A stretch of 64,000 nt of DNA, taken from the NCBI RefSeq assembly GCF_009914755.1, contig NC_060928.1; one strand, given 5' to 3'. Shown piece after piece: positions 21,144 to 33,358 of the stretch; the stretch's first letter is position 1, and each line of letters opens with the position of its first letter. The notes below the pieces were generated by a model, which was not told the origin of the DNA, did no database searches, and saw only the letters and a list, made by a program, of their open reading frames with translations. This DNA comes from the human T2T-CHM13v2.0 reference genome, Homo sapiens. The translations under genes and the position numbers were made by a program.

Positions 21144-21790
21144 GTAGCAAAAATTTAGAAACAACCTGTGTCCAACCATTGGGTATTGTTAAATAAAATA
21201 TTACCTATATTATGAAACACTAAGCAACTTAAAAATCATGTTTTCAAAACCATCTAAAGATAGAAGAAAGTACTCTTAATACAATGGTAAATAATTGGAT
21301 ATAGAACTGCATATAGAGTATAATATTAACTTTTAAAAATGTATATGTATATATATGTATGCATAGCAAAATGATTGAAATACACCAGAAATGTTAAGAA
21401 TGAGTAGAGTATTTCCGAGATCTGCAGTTTTAAGAGAACTTTAATTTTTAATAATTTTCTGTATTTTTCCAAATTATCTATAACGTATTATATAGTTAGG
21501 AAGCATATTTTATATATTACATATAATGCCAATTTTGGGTCGAGGTCTTTGGGTTGAATTTTTAAAAAACGAACAAGAGGTGCTTAACCTAGGAGAGATT
21601 CTGGGTCACTAGCCTTAGTTCTTATCATCAGTTAGGCTCCAGTGGGTTAAATCTCTTCTTTTTGTTACCTTGTCCTCTGCCATTTCTCAAAGCGTTCTGA
21701 GTTTTCTACTACAGAAGTCAAGTATAAGGTCAAATTAATTTTCAAGCTGATGGCATTTTTTTACTAAATAGTTCTTATTCTCGTCCTTAG

Positions 21791-21823
21791 GAATAAAAAG
21801 CCAGAGGCTCACTGTTTCACCTG
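21791..21823 (+). pseudogene. Fossil ART3-type microexon (G)IKSQRLTVSP with dead donor
   Basis: ttctcgtccttag|GAATAAAAAG...TCACCTG|ggaaat; 33 nt with the same start and end as the paralogues, but GG instead of GT. Confidence 0.55.
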
Positions 21824-22602
21824 GGAAATAATCTATTTACTGAGACTAGCTACATGGTTAGGAGACGATAAGGATTCCTAGGATTAAGAACATTGTGAAA
21901 AGCCAGCACGGTGGCTCACACCTATAATCCCAGCTCTTTGGGAGGCGTAGGCAGGAGAATCATAGTGAGTTATGATCGTGTCATTGTACCCCACCACAGC
22001 CTGAGCGACTCAGCGAGACCCTGTCTCTCAAAAAAGAAAAAAAAATATTACTGAGCCTGGAGAGTTTGAGGAATGAGTTAGACAAGAACAAAGGGACTTC
22101 ATTTATTGAGTACCTTTTTTCGCTCCGTGCAGTGTACCAAGCACTTTTATGCAGTCTTTCCTTCAATCTTCACTAACTACAAACCTAAGAGGTAAATATT
22201 TCTCTTGCAAAGTGAGAAACTAAAGTTAGGAGGGATTAAGTAGTCTGCCCAAAGTCACAGAGCTAATAACTATAATTACGATAGAGCTAAACCAAGCAGA
22301 AATGTAAAACCAGTAGTGTTTCATCCAAAAACTGATATATTGGGACTGCCTTCTGAAGATAAAGCTGGAGAGACGGGTTAGATCGTGGAAGTTCTTGAAG
22401 TCCAGGCTAAGGAGTTTGGACTCTGTCACATGGAGAATGAAGAGCCATTGAAAGGTGTTTTTGTTGTTGCTGTTTCTTTTTTCTTTCCCCCTGCCTTTTT
22501 TTTTTTTTGAAAGTTGGAAATGGAGGAAATATAGACAAAAGAAGAGTATTAACAGTATAAGATAACTGATTAATACAAACCAATATTTATTTCTGCCTTT
22601 AG

Positions 22603-22635
22603 GTGTGAAAATCCTTGAACCCACCCAAATACCTG
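22603..22635 (+). CDS. ART3: ART3 33-nt microexon (G)VKILEPTQIP
   Basis: ctttag|...|gtaaga; phase 1-1. Confidence 0.92.
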
Positions 22636-23262
22636 GTAAGACAGCTTTCTATTTACTCCCTGAGCCCAAGAATGAGTTGAGCAGGATTCCCAGGCATTTA
22701 AGAGAATACTGTCATGAGACTATTATTCATGAATATTTCCCTTATAGCTACCTGCCAGTCATCTACAAATATTTAGCTGGGGAAGCGTAGAGAAGTCTCT
22801 TTCCTCCTGTGCATTCATGTGCTCCTGGAGCATTGTCTCTGGGGCAGGAAAGTTAGTTCTGCTCTGGATGTTGCTGAGGGGAAGGCTCCTGGGATCTGGA
22901 TGCATCAGTCCAACACCTTCCAGGTTCTACAGCTAAAGTTATTCAATAGAAACCTACCTTTACGCACAAGTTGACTGTTAGTCTTGGCTAACATCTCATT
23001 GCCTGTATCTCCAGGTAACAAAACACGATATTCTCCTGGCATAAACATGCTCAGTGAAGTGCTATGGCAGAAGACTCCTCTAATCATGGTGTGGATTTGT
23101 ATAATAAGGGTTTACGTAAGCAGAACTTTTAAATAAAAAGCCAGAAACTATAGTGCATTGGGGCCTTGGGTGCTTGCATCTCTTAAGCTCAGCAGACAAG
23201 AGTTTGAAAATTATACTCAGTGGAGCAAACTGTAAGTCATTGGAAACTTCCTTCTCATTTAG

Positions 23263-23295
23263 GAATGAAAATTCCAGAACCTTTTCCACTACCTG
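23263..23295 (+). CDS. ART3: ART3 33-nt microexon (G)MKIPEPFPLP
   Basis: atttag|...|gtaagc; phase 1-1. Confidence 0.9.
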
Positions 23296-24187
23296 GTAAG
23301 CAACTGATAGGCATGCCAGAGGGGAACATGCCAGTTTGGGGAGTACAGTCACCATTAGATATGCATGGGACTTTCTATGCCTCATAATTGTCATCTATCA
23401 AATGTAGCCATCAGTAGTCACATGTACATGACAGGAATATTTGTAAGGACTATAAAACCATGGAATCTCAGGGTGCAAGCCACTGTCCAATGCATAAATC
23501 CCTTTCTCCTGAGTTCATGTAGTACTTTGAAATATTTTTTTGCAGGTTTTGTTATTATGGAAATGATGATCTGTTAAGGAAATTAGATATTTGGCATCTT
23601 AAAAACTATATCCAGCCACACAGTGCTGAACTTCACGTAACGCTGCTGTCAATGGAAGCTGCGTGCTGTATAAAGAAACAGCGTTTTCCATTAGTTAAAT
23701 AAAGGCTCAGAGAACATAGGCTCAGAGAAAAGGGTCCAGGACCTCTTTTATATTGACCCAAATTTGCACTGTTGGATTTATTTGGCCACAACTTTGAAGT
23801 GAACCTCTAGTGACACTGATGACACACCTTGTGCGTCTACATCTCTTCAGCTCGCTAGTCCTGAGTTTGCACAGTGCCATCATTGGGGTCTTGCTCATCT
23901 GGCTATCTGAAAGGCAGCCACCGAGCATGGTGGGAGATGAACATGAGCTGTGTAGACAGATAGACCTGGCTTCAGGAAGTCTCTGCCACTTTCCTCTGAG
24001 TAGCTTTATATAAGTTACTTCACTTTCTACGCCCCTGCTTTCACATCTGTAAAATGAGGAAAGCTTCTGTCTTGCAGGACTGATGAGATAAAGTACCTAG
24101 CAAAGTACCTAGCAAAATGAATGGTGGTAACATAGTAGTAAATGGTAGCTGCCTTTGTTATTATCTGAAAACCTCTTTCTTGTTTAG

Positions 24188-24220
24188 GAATAAAAATGAT
24201 ACAACTGAATGAAAAACCTG
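24188..24220 (+). CDS. Candidate extra ART3 33-nt microexon (G)IKMIQLNEKP
   Basis: ctctttcttgtttag|GAATAAAAATGATACAACTGAATGAAAAACCTG|gtaata; 33 nt, phase 1-1, open frame, paralogous to neighbouring exons. Confidence 0.55.
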
Positions 24221-24995
24221 GTAATATATTCTTTATTGGGGGTGGAGGCACCATGGATTCTAAGTCCTTTACCATAATCATTCAGTTAGTTCAGTCTTAT
24301 GGGGTCTGGGGAAGACATCTGGGCTGTACACTTTCCGATATCCCAGTCTGCAAGCCAGACAGGGAAAGTGTTGAGAATTTCTTTCAGTGTGAGCAGCAGG
24401 CTGCTATTACGGTTCTCTGGGCCAAACATCAAAAAAGGCACTTGATCTTAAACTGGAACAGTTGGCTTCCAGCTGGGCCTGTCTATTCCAGAATGAGGCA
24501 GGCTTCTCAGGGTGAAGGAATCTGTAGACATAGAAATAGCATCATCCAAGAACTGTGAATGAGGACTGTGCAGCATGCCAATACTGGGACCAGCCATTCT
24601 GTGTGCTCCTCACCACACTCTACAATCGTCCAGTAGGCCACTAGATTTTGTTGGGACTACAGTGTATTGTGCCCTCTCCTGGAAAGCTATGTGTAGCTTT
24701 TTAAAAGGTGATGTGAAAACAGTACACAGGAGCTCATTTAATCCAATACGATAAATATTATTGACACTTCAGAGATGAGAACATGGAACATAAGAAGGCT
24801 AACAAATTTATAATAGGCTAGAGACAACCAGGACTCAAACTTTTCAAGCTTTGTTCACTTTGTGCTACACTTGTCTTCCAAACAGATTTAGTTATCCACT
24901 TCTATCCTGGGCACCTAGAATTGGTATTTGGCTTCAAAGCTGTTAAAATATGGTAATATCATAATATTTCTATGCTAGGCACACACTTGGTAGTA

Positions 24996-25912
24996 CAGAT
25001 GGTCTCCAAGTTACAATGGTCAGTCTGTAAGAAACACGAAAAGGTGGCTTGCCAGTTAGGACAGATTTATTTTAGAGAAAACAAACTTGAGAGGCGCCTT
25101 CTGGCCGAGTTAGGTTAGAGGCCCACTTTTTTACAGACTAAGAGTTTTTAAGGATTTAGGGTGGGAGAGTTTATCAGCGGCTTGGACTGCTTCTGTGTCT
25201 CTTTGTTGTGCTTATCTGGGAGAGAGCGTTGTGTGTCTGTTCCCATACATCATTCTGCAGCTGCAGGCATATTCCCCAAGTCTGCTTTTAGCTTCCCTAA
25301 CTTAGTGCACCTGAAGAGAAAGGAATGTGCTTATTAAGGCCCACTGTTTTACTGGGGCCCACTGTATGAGGGCGAAGTTTGGGAGTTACTCAAGAGACTT
25401 CCCCCCCACCTCCCTTTGTGCCCGAGCTGTTTTATCTGTGTTTTACTGTTTGCTCCTTCTGGCTGCTTGTAGTTAGAAGAGGTGATTTCCTTGAAATGCA
25501 TGAGGCTAGAAAGGGAGCTCGAATTTAAAGTGGTGGTGTTTGTCCAAGATGACGGTGCTCCTGCTCTATCAGGTTCAACTTGGGATTTTTTGATTTTGCA
25601 ATGGTCTGAAAGCCATACACATTCAGTAAAAACCATACTTCAAGTACCCATACCGTTCTCTTTTTCACTTTCTGTACAATATTCAATAGATTACATGAGA
25701 CATTCAATATTTTATTATAAAATAAGCTTTATCTTAGCTGATTTCGCCCAACTGCAGGCTCATGTAAGTGTTCTGAGCACGTTTAAGGTAGGCTAGGTTA
25801 AGCCATGATGTTCTGTAGGTTGGGTGAGTTAAATGCATTTTTGACTTATGGTATTTTCAGCTTACATTGGATTTATTGAGACACAACCCCATCATAAGTC
25901 GAGAAGCATCTG
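24996..25912 (-). mobile_element. MER47A-like Tigger MITE containing an LTR19-like solo LTR (25026-25571)
   Basis: TA-flanked cagatg...catctg TIRs; LTR begins TGATAGAGCAGGAGCACCGTCATCTTGGAC on - strand. Confidence 0.75.
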
Positions 25913-26426
25913 TATAGCATAGTAATTCAGAGCAAATTTGAAATTAGATATTTCTAGCACCAGTTACCCCCGTGATTTTATGCATGGCATTCCTCAAAAC
26001 ATTTCATAAATGTTTTAAGGAATATCTGTGAAATATGGATAATTATACCTGGCTAATAAGACTAAGAAGTAAAGGTGACAGTGTACATAAAGCATTTGCA
26101 CAATGCATGGCACATAGTGAACACTCAATAGTAGGTATTAATGTACTTGGGAATCTAAGTTCAATATGTAGAAAATACTTTTTGTGAATAAAATTTTAAC
26201 TTTTATTTTTATGTAAACACATATTGATGGGAAAAAAAATTCAAAGAGCACAGATGAGAACAAATTAAACCCTTCCCCTAACCCCACACATACCCGTAAA
26301 CCTATTACCCTGCCCCTCAGACCCACTCACAGAGATAACCAAGTTTGCTTAATTTTTAATCAGATCTTTCTTTTCTGGATAAACAGATATACAATATAAC
26401 TAACTCAAAATCTCTTTATATTTTAG

Positions 26427-26459
26427 AAGATAAAAGTCAAGGAAATATCAACAATCCTA
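26427..26459 (+). CDS. ART3: ART3 33-nt microexon (E)DKSQGNINNP
   Basis: ttttag|...|gtaaga; phase 1-1. Confidence 0.92.
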
Positions 26460-27314
26460 GTAAGAAGTATCTCATTTCCTCAGTTGATAAATGCCTGCTT
26501 CTGTAATATAGAAAAAGTGAGAAATTTATTTTTCCTCAATAAAGGGAACAAAGTTGCAAGGTTTTAAGGCATCTTAATAACAGAGTATAATGTCATATCC
26601 AAAAGCTTGTGTGTGCATGTGTGTGTTGGGGACAATATAGCTTTGTTTTTTCGATAATCGTTTTCCATTGTATCTAGAGTTTCTACTCTTAGAACAGTGG
26701 TTCTTACCAGTCTGAAGACTGGGAGCAAAATATAAAAATAAAAAAGAAAATATATATTAAAAAAAAAAAGAACAGTGGTTCTCAACCCAATTCTCCCTTT
26801 ATAACAAGTATTTTATAAAGTCCTTATATTATCCAGAAAGAAGATCCATAGATGAGATGCATTTGTACCCATAAAAATCAACATCATGTCTAAAGTAGAC
26901 CGATGTTTACATTTATGCAAATAAATTTGGGTTGAAGAGAAGATTGGAAGCTATTCTATACAGGAAGTATAAGAAAATGGAGTGAAGAAATAGAGTAGAT
27001 ACTAAATAAAAACTGATGTTTAATGTTTATCAAAACTATTAAAAATATACATAAAACTGCTTTAGGTTCTGAGTTTGATTATTTTAAATAGGTTTTAACT
27101 TACATGTATGTCTAGCAGTACATTTTAAAGTTGTGCAGGAAGTTGGTCAATTTTTCATGGTCCAGAACTAGAGCACTGCAGGATATCTATCCCTCTACCT
27201 CCACTCCACTGTTAGCAATGATTAAAAAAAAAAACAAAAAACTCTTGACAATCGTCCAAACTGCCTCTTGGGGCAGTAATGCCCCCCTGAGAACCACTGG
27301 TCTGTGGTAACATA

Positions 27315-28453
27315 CAGTCATGCATTGCTTAACAAGATGGGGTATGTTCTGATTAATGTGTTAAGTGATTTTGTCGTTGTGCAAACATCATAGTGTGTAC
27401 TTACCCAACCCTAGATGGTATACCCTGCTACACATGTAGGCTACATGGTATAGCCTACTGCTCCTAGGCTATAAACCTTTACAGCATGTTATTGTGTTGA
27501 GTACTGTAGGCAGCGGTAACACAGTGGTAAGTATTTGTGTATCTAAACATAGAAAAGTTATGGTAAAAATATAAAAGATAAAAAATGGTACAGGTGTATA
27601 GGGCACTTAACATGAATGGAGCTTGTAGGCCCAGAAGTTGCTCTGGGTGGTGTTGAGCGGATGTGAAGGCCTGGGACACTACTGTACACTCCTGTAGACT
27701 TTATACATACTATACAGAGGCTACACTAAATTCATAACAAATTTTCCTTCTTCAATAGTAAATTAACCGTAGCTTAATGTAACTGTTTTACTTTATAAAC
27801 TTAATTTTAATCTGACTCTTTTGTAATAACACTTAGCTTAAAACACACATTGTACAGTAGTACAAAAATATTTTTTCTTTATATCCTATTCTATAAAGCT
27901 TTTTTATCACCTTTTTTTTTAACTTTTTAAACTTTTGTTAACAACTAAGACACAAACATTTACATTAGCCTAGGCCTATACAGGGTCAGGATCATCAATA
28001 TCACTGTCTTGCACCTCCACATCTTGTTCCACTGGAAGGTCTTCAGGGGTAGTAACGTGCATGGAACTGTCACCTCCTATGATAATGCCTTCTGGAGTAG
28101 CTCCTGAAGGACCTGCCTCAGGCTGTTTTATAGTTAACGTTTTTTAATAAGTTGAAGGAGTACAGTCTAAAATAATGATTAAAAGTATAGTAAGTACATA
28201 AAACAGTAACATAGTTGTTTATTATCAAATGTTATGTATTATATATAATTGTATGTGCTATACAGTTATACAACTGGCAGTGCAGTAGGTTTATTTACAC
28301 CATCATCACCCCAAACACGTAATATGTTACAACGGCAACGATGTTGCTAGGCAGTAGGAAATTTTCAGCTCTATTATAATTATAGTCTTATGGGATCTCT
28401 GTCATACATGTGGTCTGTCATTGATGGAAACATCATTATGCATTGCACGACTG
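27315..28453 (+). mobile_element. Tigger3b-like DNA transposon
   Basis: TA|cagtcatgc...gcacgactg|TA TIRs. Confidence 0.8.
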
Positions 28454-28829
28454 TACTAATGCATGTGTGCATCTGCCTATCCACTTCTCTGTGTGTATAC
28501 ATCCAACTGCATGTTTATAACTATGGCAAGTACATTGATAATATGAAGGCTTTTACAAATCTGACTGGCTATTTTTCTTGGTTTTATTTATGAAATCTGA
28601 GTGGTGATCCCATTTGGATACTTCCAGTCAACGCTTCCCCGTAGTTCAAACAAAAAGAGTTTAGGTCAGCATGAAACAGTTTATCCTGTGGATGGACTCC
28701 ACTGCTCCTCTCCACTAGTTCAAATGAAAGGGAAAGAGTTTCTCCAGCAGTGTATGTATGGAGGGAAAAACATTTATTTTTTTTTTATCATCTTGCAGAG
28801 ATTAGTGTTTAAAAAACAATGCAGCTATA

Positions 28830-29141
28830 GTTAGCCCTCTGTATCCTCTGGGATTCAACCAACTGTGGATCGAAAATATTTGTGGGAAAAAATAATACAA
28901 ATTTAAAAACCCATACAGTACAACAACTACTTGCATTTCATTTACATTGTATTAGGTATTATAAGAAATCTAGAGATAGTATAAGGTATACAGGAGGATG
29001 TGTGTAGGTATATGCAAATACTGTGTATGCTATTTTATTTATTTATGTATGCTATTTTATATAAGGGACTTGAGCATCTGTGGATTTTGGTATCCTCAGG
29101 GGTTCTAGAACCAGTCCCCAAAGGATACTGAGGGATGACTG
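28830..29141. mobile_element. MER2-like Tigger MITE
   Basis: gccctctgtatcc...ggatactgagggatgactg TIRs. Confidence 0.7.
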
Positions 29142-29360
29142 TATATCCAGTTGTATGTTGGTGGTTATCTTGTTTGAAATAGAAGACACACAGAGTTAAA
29201 CTTTACCTTGCATGTATATACAGAAAATGGAAATAGAAAAATTGCTAAAAAAAAATGCTAGAGAACTTGAACAACAGAAAATCATTATATTGGCTATATA
29301 GAAATGTAAAAGCATGTGAAATCCTACATAAAACCTAGCGTAGCAGATCTTGATGATATA

Positions 29361-30860
29361 TAGTCGACCCTTGAACAACACAGGTTTGAACTGCATGGGT
29401 CCACTTATACATGGATTTTTTTTAAATAAATATATTGGAAATCTTTTTGGATATTTGCATCAATTTGAAGAAACTTGCAGACAAACTGCATGACCTAGAA
29501 ATATATATATATATAAAAAGAAAGTATGTCATGAATGCATAAAATATATGTAGATGCTAGTCTATTTTTATCATTTACTACCATAAAACATACACAAATC
29601 TATTGTAAAACGTTAGTATTTATCCAAATTTGTGCACACAGACCATATGTGGCACCATTCAAAATCAAAAGAAACGTAAATGTAAAGATGCGGTATTAAA
29701 ACTTAACTGCATAAAATTAACTATAATACATACTGTATCATTGTAATCATTTCATGGCCACCTCCTGTTGCTATTGCAGTGAGTTCAAATGTTTCGAGTA
29801 TCCTCTTAAAACACCATGTGTTGCTAAACATCTCTGAGGAGTTCATCTCCAGTAAATTGCACATCACAGCAAAAAGTGATCTCTCACAGTTCTCCTGTAT
29901 TTTTTGTCATGTTTGGTGCAATACCAAAAACCTTGAATAACACCATAGGACTCAAAGGAAGTGCCACTAGTGAGGCCGGAAGTCTCACAAGCAGAGAGAA
30001 GCCATGACATTACAAGAAAAAGTTGAATTGCTTGATATATAGATTCAGGTCTGCAGCTGCAGTTGCCAGCCATTTCAGACAGATAATTCATCTTATAAAC
30101 AGATGATGTAAACTTTGGGTATTAGTAAATACAGTACAGTACTGTAAATGTGTTTTCTCTTCCTTATGATTTTAATATTTTTTCTCTATTTTATTGTAAA
30201 AATACAGTTTATTTATTTATTTATTTGAGCTGGAGTCTTGCTCTATCACCCAGGATGGAGTGCAGTGGTGCAATCTCTGCTCACTGCAAGCTCTGCCTCC
30301 CAGGTTCACACCATTCTCCTGCCTCAGCCTCCTGAGTAGCGGGGACTACAGGCGCCCGCCACCACGCCCGGCTAATTCTGTATATTTAGTAGAGACGGGG
30401 TTTTGCCGTGTTAGCCAGGATGGTCTCGATCTCCTGACCTCATGATGTGCCTGCCTCCGCCTCCCACAGTGCTGGGATTACAGGCGTGAGCCACCACGCC
30501 CAGCCAAAATACAGTATATAATACATTTACAAAATATGTGCTAATCAATTATTTTTATCTTTTTAAAAATAGAGATGGGGTCTCGCTATGTTGCCCAGGC
30601 TCAAACTCCTGGTCTCAAGTGGTCCTCCTGCCTTGGCCTCCTAAAATGCTGGAATTACAGGTGTGAGCCACCATGCCCCAACCAGAATACAGTATATAAT
30701 ACATATAACATATAAAATATGTTAATCAACAATTTCTATTATCAGTAAGGCTTCCAGTTAATGGTAGGCTATTAGTAGTTAAGTTTTTGGGAATCAGGTT
30801 ACATGTAGGTTTTCATTGTGTGGGGGTTGGCACCCCAACACCCGTATTAAGGGTCAACTG
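29361..30860. mobile_element. Tigger2-like element with nested AluY(-) ~30208-30506 and Alu monomer(-) ~30555-30682
   Basis: agtcgacccttgaacaacac...aagggtcaactg TIRs. Confidence 0.78.
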
Positions 30861-31051
30861 TATATGGAAATATAGCCTGAAATCTGTAATGAATTACACT
30901 TATTTGAAAATTGCTTTTGGCTGGAAGTATTTCAGGTAAGTTTCTACTTCAACTTTAGTGTCATTGTTTACATATTCAGGATATATTTTATAGGTGGATG
31001 ATACTTGACATAAAAAATGATGTGTCAGTGACTGTGTATTCTTGTTAACAG

Positions 31052-31185
31052 CTCCAGGTCCAGTTCCTGTTCCAGGTCCCAAAAGCCATCCTTCTGCATC
31101 CTCGGGCAAACTGCTGCTTCCACAGTTTGGGATGGTCATCATTTTAATCAGTGTTTCTGCTATAAATCTCTTTGTTGCTCTGTAG
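31052..31185 (+). CDS. ART3: ART3 terminal coding exon: Pro-rich linker and hydrophobic GPI-anchor signal
   Basis: taacag| acceptor; PGPVPVPGPKSHPSASSGKLLLPQFGMVIILISVSAINLFVAL-TAG. Confidence 0.95.
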
Positions 31186-31423
31186 TTTGATGCATTGTTT
31201 ATCTTTCTTATTCTTTACTTGAAATAACTATAGGGATCCACAGGAGATCAAAAGGAATGATGTATTTTTTACGTGTTGGCCAAAGTCACTGGATAAAATG
31301 AGAATTGTATATTTGTTATTCATTTTGCAAATTCAGAAAGTTGGTCCAGATATATGTCACAGAACTTTTCACTTGTATACTACTCTTACAATGGAAAAAA
31401 ATCCCGAAAACTGTATACTTCTG

Positions 31424-31438
31424 ATTAAATTCAATAAA
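31424..31438 (+). terminator. ART3: ART3 poly(A) signals ATTAAA (31424) and AATAAA (31433)
   Basis: Canonical hexamers about 240 nt after the stop codon. Confidence 0.8.
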
Positions 31439-31545
31439 AGATTTTGATTAGATATTTCAGAATTGCCAGTATGCTCAATACTGTTAGTGTTTAACATCAA
31501 TTTAATATCTGAATTAGAACTTTAAGGATAGTCTACTCATCTCTT

Positions 31546-31875
31546 TGTCTTAGTCTGTTTGGGTTGCTGTAACAGACCACTGTAGACTAGGTAACTTGTA
31601 AGCAACATTTATTTATTTCTCACAGTTCCAGAGGCTGGGAAGTCCAAGATCAAGGTGCCAGCAGACTTAGTTTCTGGTGAGTGTCCTCTTCCTTGTCCTT
31701 TCCTCACCATCTCACATGGCAGAAGGGACAAGAGAGATAGAGCACTAATCCCATTCATGAAGGCTCCACCCTCATCATGACCTCCCAAAAGCCATACCTC
31801 CTAAAATCACCATATTGAGTGTTAGGATTTCAAGATGAATTTTTTGAGAACACAAACTACTCAGTCTATAACACT
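31546..31875 (-). mobile_element. MLT1A-like MaLR LTR
   Basis: ggctgggaagtccaagatcaaggtgccagcag...cactaatcccattcatga. Confidence 0.75.
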
Positions 31876-32457
31876 TGCTTCGATAACTGAGTCTAGTTAT
31901 CTCACCAGTTATATGCTCAAGGACCACAGGCCTGCCTTATATATGCAGTCACCAGTGGGACAGAAACCCAACAGGATGACTGGGCCTGCCTTTTTAAAAG
32001 GCTGACCTTAGGCCCTGTCTGGTATATTTATCTGGTTGAACTAGCAACCAGCAATATTAGAACATGAAAAATCAAAGGCTAGAGAAGCGACCATGGTATG
32101 CATGATGAGTGATCCATCCACTAGATTATATAGCTCAGTGAGTAACAATTCTCATCAATTAGACCAACAACTCTTCCTACTATAAGGGGGTGTGCAGAGG
32201 GACAAAAACTCCTATACTTGGCTACATGGGTAAGAATGATGGACATGCAGATCTTCTGGGCCACGGAGAAAATGTGGACAAGGCAAGAAATTCCTGTCCC
32301 AACACTGTTGGTATTGCAATATAATGGGTAGGAAAGAATGATGAGAGGGTAGTAGAGTAGTGTAACAAATTTACACACCATAAACTTGGCAAAAGTAGCT
32401 GCATACTTCTGGCAGTCAATTTGGAAAGAAACAATCAGTTTTAAAGTTCCTAGTCTT

Positions 32458-32760
32458 GGCCAGGCATGGAGGTTCAGGCCTGTAATCCTAGCACTTTGGC
32501 AGGCCAAGGTAGGAGGATTGCTGGAGTCTAGGAGTTCAAGACCAGCCTGGGCAACATAACAAGACCCCATCTCTACACAAAATAAAAAATAATAGCCAGT
32601 TGTGGTGGTGCATGCCTGTAGTCCCAGCTACTCAAGAGTCTGAGGTGGGAGGACTGCTTAAACCCAGGAGGTCAAGGCTGCAGTGAGTCGTGATTGTGCC
32701 ACTGTACCCCAGCCTGGGTGACAGAGAGACTTGTCTCAAAAAAAAAAAAAAAAAAAAAAA
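32458..32760 (+). mobile_element. AluJ in the intergenic gap
   Basis: Full dimer, TSD core TCCTAGTCT. Confidence 0.88.
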
Positions 32761-33352
32761 CCCACAAAAAATCCTAGTCTACACAACTGTAACCTATACA
32801 ACTGAGGAGAAATCTCTTCAGTGGATTCTCAGAGGATGGACTCCAGATAGATATACAGTGCATCACACTCTTCACCATCCCCATAGTAAATACAATAGCA
32901 AGATTCATGGGCCTGTTTCTTCTAACACCTGTCAATACAAGCCAAAGCATCACAGAGAAGTGCAAAGTTAAAGCATCTCAAAAGCGGCCAACATGATGCA
33001 GCCCAAATATAGTGTAGTCAGAAATACTGTTTAAAATGATCCACTGGTTAAAGACCCACTATTTAACACTACTTAATCTGTTTAACTCAGATTTTCTAGT
33101 ATTTCGAATACTAATGACATATTAGGGAATTCTTAATACTAGATGATATCTGAAGTAAGTTTTACTTGCCATACCCTAATCAAAATATAACAGCACTGAC
33201 AAAAATCCCTAGGAGGCAAAAATAAGACTTAAGACTAAAATTCCTGACTTGTGATTATGAATTTAGTACCTATGTGGACAAAAAATGGTCATTCCTCAAA
33301 AGCCAAATAAAGCACCAGACAGAATTATATAAAAGTAATTACAAATTAAGAA

Positions 33353-33358
33353 TTTATT
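33353..33358 (-). terminator. NUP54: Likely NUP54 poly(A) signal AATAAA
   Basis: tttatt on + strand, about 680 nt after the stop, at the end of an AU-rich UTR. Confidence 0.65.

Noticed and set aside
24091-24116. 12-bp tandem duplication (aagtacctagca) and similar short duplications at ~42990 and ~45553
   Set aside because: Ordinary slippage events inside old repeats
32121-32965. Hydrophobic minus-strand ORFs in the intergenic gap, vaguely receptor-like
   Set aside because: The longer ORF starts inside an Alu, and I found no convincing GPCR motifs; cannot support a pseudogene call
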